A stretch of DNA of 64,000 nucleotides from Spirochaetia bacterium (GTDB lineage Bacteria > Spirochaetota > Spirochaetia > UBA9216), in assembly GCA_963677925.2 (NCBI GenBank), contig CAXXYH010000004.1:480001-544000 (forward strand). Reading direction: 5' to 3'. The notes under the pieces were generated by a model. That model had not been told where the DNA came from. It saw nothing but the letters and a program-made list of their open reading frames with translations, and did not search any database. A program made the translations under genes and the position numbers. Shown here piece by piece: positions 60,133 through 64,000 of the stretch (position 1 is the stretch's first letter; the number at the start of each line of letters is the position of its first letter).

Positions 60133-61827
60133 CTATCCGAAGGTAAAGGCATAAAACCTTATCTTTCCTTCTGTAACCAATCTCAATACATGCGGCCCCG
60201 CTTCGGTTAATTCAGCCAGATGATAAAGCCGGCTTTTATCGGGGTAAATGACTCCGGATTCGCTGTCCGTTGTTCCTGCCGCAGGTATTCCGTCTATTAA
60301 TACTTTTACACTTGAATTTTCAGAAACGGGTTCTATAACCAGATATACATTTCCGGCATTAAAGCCCAGTTCAAGGGAGCCGTTTGCTTCTGTTTCAATA
60401 AAGTCCTTTCGTATAACCCATCTTCCCTGAAGATTCCATTCTCCGTTTCCGGGTACTGATGAGAAACTGTATGAAGCTGCTGAATCATTTAGCTTTGTAC
60501 TTTCGGAGAGAAAACCGGAAGCCCTCCGGTAGCCCAGATAGAGTTCAGGCGTGCTGCTTTCAACTTCTATCTGTTTTACTGTTGCTGAGCGGGTTGTTGT
60601 TTTATGACCGGCTTCCCGGAGCAGCTCCCGTATTACCTGTTCAGAAGTTTCGTATTCACCCTCGCCGAAGTGGAAGTATCTGATATTTCCTTCCGCATCT
60701 ATAAAATAGTGAGCCGGCCAGTAGCGGTTGCTGTAAGCCCGCCACTGACCGAAGCTGTTGTCCTGGACAACCGGCCAGAGGACTTCCAGATCGCTGATTG
60801 CCTGCTGCAGATTTCCAGCATCGCGCTCGAATGCGAACTCCGGGGAATGAACACCGATAATCACAAGCCCCTCATCCGCATAGGCTTCATGCCATGCTCT
60901 GAGATAGGGCAGTGTCCTGACGCAATTTACACAGCTGTAAGTCCAGAAATCTATAAGCACAACCCTGCCTTTCAGGCCGGCCATTGTCAGTGGTTCTTCA
61001 GTATTGAACCATCGTCCGTCAGTGATTATTTCCGGTGCGGGTCCGTAGTTTTCAAGCTTTCCGTTACTGGGCTCGTTATCTATGCTTAATTCCGTCCGCT
61101 TATTAAGGGCTTCGCTTACAAGTCTGCTGTTCTCAATTGAAGTCAGACCGCTTCCATAATTTGGAAATGCAGTGAGCACTGCAGACTGAAACTTTCTGTC
61201 CAGGCCGAAGCCGACTGAGAGCCCGGCAATAATCATTATCGCGCCGAAGACCCTCTGAATTAATGCGGTTCGCGAAGACAGTTTAGGAAATCGGGTCAGA
61301 ATTTTTCGCCCGCCGAGCATCACTGCCAGCATCGGCAGCGCGGTGCCAAGTGAATATGCAGTAATTATTAAGACGGCCCCTCCGTCAACCTGCTGACTGA
61401 CTGCAAGACTGATAACGGAAGCCATTATAGGTCCGACGCAGGGTGTCCACAGCAGTCCGAGGCTGGCCCCGGTGAGAAGACCTCCGCCGAAGCCGTTTTT
61501 AGGAGAACCTTTTTTTCTGCTGACTAATCTTGAGGCAAGGATCTCAAACTGCTGCTGCAGAAAGGGTATAAACAGAATCAGGCCGAAAACTACAATGATA
61601 ATTACGGCGGTAAGTCTTAGGGTATCCGGCGGGATCTTAAGGTTCTGGACGAGTGTTGAAAGAATGAGTGTAAAAAGGCTGAAACTGAAAACAAATCCGG
61701 TTACAACGCCAAGGGGTTTTCTTTTTCCGCCTAGGCTTCCGGAAAGTATTATCGGCAGCACCGGCAGTATGCATGGTGAAAGTATTGTGACTATTCCGGA
61801 GAGGAAGGCGAAAAAAGCAAGTATCAT
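60133..61827 (-). CDS. dipZ: DipZ-like CcdA plus thioredoxin-domain fusion
   Basis: SPCILPVLP and WTPCVGP (CcdA); [21 protein letters not shown]; C-term FYAFTFG. Confidence 0.9.
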   Translation of the reverse strand: MILAFFAFLSGIVTILSPCILPVLPIILSGSLGGKRKPLGVVTGFVFSFSLFTLILSTLVQNLKIPPDTLRLTAVIIIVVFGLILFIPFLQQQFEILASRLVSRKKGSPKNGFGGGLLTGASLGLLWTPCVGPIMASVISLAVSQQVDGGAVLIITAYSLGTALPMLAVMLGGRKILTRFPKLSSRTALIQRVFGAIMIIAGLSVGFGLDRKFQSAVLTAFPNYGSGLTSIENSRLVSEALNKRTELSIDNEPSNGKLENYGPAPEIITDGRWFNTEEPLTMAGLKGRVVLIDFWTYSCVNCVRTLPYLRAWHEAYADEGLVIIGVHSPEFAFERDAGNLQQAISDLEVLWPVVQDNSFGQWRAYSNRYWPAHYFIDAEGNIRYFHFGEGEYETSEQVIRELLREAGHKTTTRSATVKQIEVESSTPELYLGYRRASGFLSESTKLNDSAASYSFSSVPGNGEWNLQGRWVIRKDFIETEANGSLELGFNAGNVYLVIEPVSENSSVKVLIDGIPAAGTTDSESGVIYPDKSRLYHLAELTEAGPHVLRLVTEGKIRFYAFTFG

Positions 61828-61829
61828 TT

Positions 61830-62285
61830 CTACATCTCCTCTTTAATGATTTTTGACAGAAGCTCTTCTGTGCCTCCTCCGTTCCATTTAATGAGGGCAT
61901 TTCCTTCGGCATCAATCTGAACAAATGTATGCTGATATGTTACGCCGTATTTTTTTTGAAGATCAGCAGAATGATCGTAATCAACCAGAACCAGATTAAC
62001 CCCATTCAGTTTTTCTGCGTTAGCTGTAAAATCTTCACGGGCCTCCCTGCATGTCGGACACCAGCTTGCGTTGAAAAAAAGAACAGTCGGCATCTTCTCT
62101 GCAAGCATCATTGCCTGCTCGGAGTCCCTGAATTCGATAAAGGGAGCGGAGACCATTTCGTCCATGCTGTCAGCGGCCATCATCATTGAGCCTTCTGTTT
62201 CAGGGGCTTCTTCAGCATTTCCTGATGAGAAAGCAGGCATAGATATTGAAATCAGTAATAAGACAAGTATTGTAAACACTTTCAT
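61830..62285 (-). CDS. Exported thioredoxin-family protein
   Basis: Signal peptide; WCPTC; YGVTYQHTFV. Confidence 0.9.
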   Translation of the reverse strand: MKVFTILVLLLISISMPAFSSGNAEEAPETEGSMMMAADSMDEMVSAPFIEFRDSEQAMMLAEKMPTVLFFNASWCPTCREAREDFTANAEKLNGVNLVLVDYDHSADLQKKYGVTYQHTFVQIDAEGNALIKWNGGGTEELLSKIIKEEM

Positions 62286-62320
62286 TTGTTTACCTCCTGC
62301 ATATAAATGTAGGGGTCAAA

Positions 62321-62343
62321 TATCACAAAACTGTCACGGAAAT
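62321..62343 (-). promoter_or_regulatory. Putative OmpR-type tandem direct-repeat site upstream of the trx-dipZ-msrB-msrA operon
   Basis: TCAC half-sites at 62323 and 62334 (11-bp spacing). Confidence 0.45.
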
Positions 62344-62360
62344 TAAAACTATTTATAAAA

Positions 62361-63812
62361 TCAAAGGGGCAGGCATATTGTAAATACAGCTCCGCCAGCG
62401 GAACTTTCTGCGGTTATTGTTCCGCCATGAAGATCCACCACCTCTTTTGCAATTGCAAGACCGAGGCCTGTACCGCCGCTTTCCCGGTTTCTGCTTTTAT
62501 CAGCACTGTAGAAACGTTCAAAAACATGGGGCAGATCTTCATCTGAAATTCCTGAACCTGTATCAGCTATAGAGACAATCTGACTGGATTCTGTCCGGCT
62601 GATGATGATGGATACCCTTCCCGTTCGGGGAGTATGGGAAACGGCATTTTCAATAATATTTGTAAGGGCACGTTCAATCAGTCCGATATCTGCCGTTACA
62701 GGAGAAAGGTCATCTGCTCTGCTGTATTCAATTTCAACACCGGCCCGGTCTGAGCGTGGCTTCAATTTTAGAATAATGTCCTGCATCAGTTCGGCTAGAT
62801 TGAACCGGTCCTTCTGCAGTTCTGTCTGCCGTGATTCAAGCCTGGCCAGATCAAAGAGCTCCTCAACCAGTTTCTGAAATCCAGCCACATTTTTCAGGCT
62901 GATTCGAAGAAATTCCTTCTGATCCTCAGTGCTGAGGTTTTCCTGTTTAAGCATGATGGTTTCAAGATGGCCGCGGATTGATGTGAGAGGACTTCTGAGA
63001 TCATGTGAAATATTTGCAATCATTTCCCTTCGCTGGTTCTCTGATTCCTGAAGCTGCATCAATCCTTCCTCGACGGATTCCGCCATTTCATTGAAGGCGC
63101 GTCCGAGGTTTGCAAGTTCGTCGTTTCCCTGAATCTCTACACGGTATTTGAAGTTTCCGGTCTTGAACGCTCTTGCGCCTTCGCCAAGTTTTCTGATTCG
63201 CCGGGTAAGCAGAAAAAATAGTGTTAATCCGAGAACCGCTGTAATTATCAGTGCTATGGCGAATGTGGAGATTCCGGATTTGATGTAATAATTGCTGCTG
63301 GACATCGCCAGTGATCTCTCGTAGCTCTGTCCTCTGAGTATTACATATACCCATCCTTCGGAATTTCCGATTTTCAGCCCGGCCGCAGAAAAAGGTTTTA
63401 ATGAATCTTCCGTTCTCGGATCTTCGCCGAGAACAATCTCATATCCGTTGCTTGCCGCGAATTTCCTGAGGGGCTCGAGGTTAATTCTTTCATGCAGAAC
63501 TCTGTCTGTTGATCCTGTAAAATAGGATAAAATATAGCCGTGTTCATCAAGCAGATATATCTCCACCATTGGATTGAGTACCATCATGTAATGAATGGCG
63601 TCTTTGATATTATTTTCAGAGAATGATTCTGCTACAAGAGGTTCCAGTTCCAGAGCAATACTTGCAGCATACTCCCGGTTAAGCAGCTGTTCAACTTCAT
63701 TTAGAAGATGACCGGATGCCCTGAAAGCAATCATCAGACTGCTGATTCCAAGAAGAAGTATCAGCAAAAGAAAGAGCAGGGACACTCTTGCATAAAACGA
63801 ACGTAAAATCAT
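62361..63812 (-). CDS. HAMP sensor histidine kinase
   Basis: 2 TM, HAMP, ANISHDLRSPL, NIIENAV, DTGSGI, GTGLGL. Confidence 0.95.
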   Translation of the reverse strand: MILRSFYARVSLLFLLLILLLGISSLMIAFRASGHLLNEVEQLLNREYAASIALELEPLVAESFSENNIKDAIHYMMVLNPMVEIYLLDEHGYILSYFTGSTDRVLHERINLEPLRKFAASNGYEIVLGEDPRTEDSLKPFSAAGLKIGNSEGWVYVILRGQSYERSLAMSSSNYYIKSGISTFAIALIITAVLGLTLFFLLTRRIRKLGEGARAFKTGNFKYRVEIQGNDELANLGRAFNEMAESVEEGLMQLQESENQRREMIANISHDLRSPLTSIRGHLETIMLKQENLSTEDQKEFLRISLKNVAGFQKLVEELFDLARLESRQTELQKDRFNLAELMQDIILKLKPRSDRAGVEIEYSRADDLSPVTADIGLIERALTNIIENAVSHTPRTGRVSIIISRTESSQIVSIADTGSGISDEDLPHVFERFYSADKSRNRESGGTGLGLAIAKEVVDLHGGTITAESSAGGAVFTICLPL

Positions 63813-64000
63813 TTTTCAAACTCCGGAGCTTCCGCGAAGCGGTAACCGATACCCCATACCGTCAGAAGGTAGCGGGGATTAGCGGGATCTGATTCAATCT
63901 TGTTTCTAAGCCGGTTAATATGAGTATTTACAGTATGTTCATATCCCTCAAAATTATATTCCCAGACCAGATCAAGAAGGTCCGCCCGGCTGTATGCTCT
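63809..64000 (-). CDS. OmpR-family response regulator, C-terminal part (runs off the window edge)
   Basis: Hand translation: YSRADLLDLVWEYNFEGYEHTVNTHINRLRNKIESDPANPRYLLTVWGIGYRF; ATGA overlap with the kinase. Confidence 0.92.
   Translation of the reverse strand, partial: RAYSRADLLDLVWEYNFEGYEHTVNTHINRLRNKIESDPANPRYLLTVWGIGYRFAEAPEFEK

Overview
Bacterial DNA, most likely a free-living spirochaete (inferred from protein style). The left 36 kb is a complete genomic island inserted in tRNA-Leu(CAG), bounded by a perfect 60-bp direct repeat (807-866 / 36270-36329). It carries: a tyrosine integrase; an excisionase-like gene; an unusual fusion of a catalytically eroded UvrD/PcrA-like helicase to a Rep_trans-like initiator; small regulatory and hypothetical genes; a three-gene Lamassu/ABC-three-component defence system; and a near-complete type II secretion (gsp) cluster with its own prepilin peptidase. 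The gsp cluster is transcribed divergently from a 1140-aa secreted Ig/PKD/beta-helix protein, a 3345-aa signal-peptide-bearing Rhs/YD protein and a candidate immunity gene. The best candidate for an undescribed system is this mobile 'dedicated T2SS + giant Rhs toxin + partner + immunity' module. The right 28 kb looks like ordinary chromosome: secreted peptidases with a membrane LuxR regulator, MarR-DmeF, MCP-hemerythrin, a sugar transferase with a degenerate GGDEF domain, iorAB, a PocR kinase, an RND pump, and an exported MsrA/MsrB/DipZ/thioredoxin cluster with a two-component system. All family calls come from reading motifs by eye; no database searches were run.
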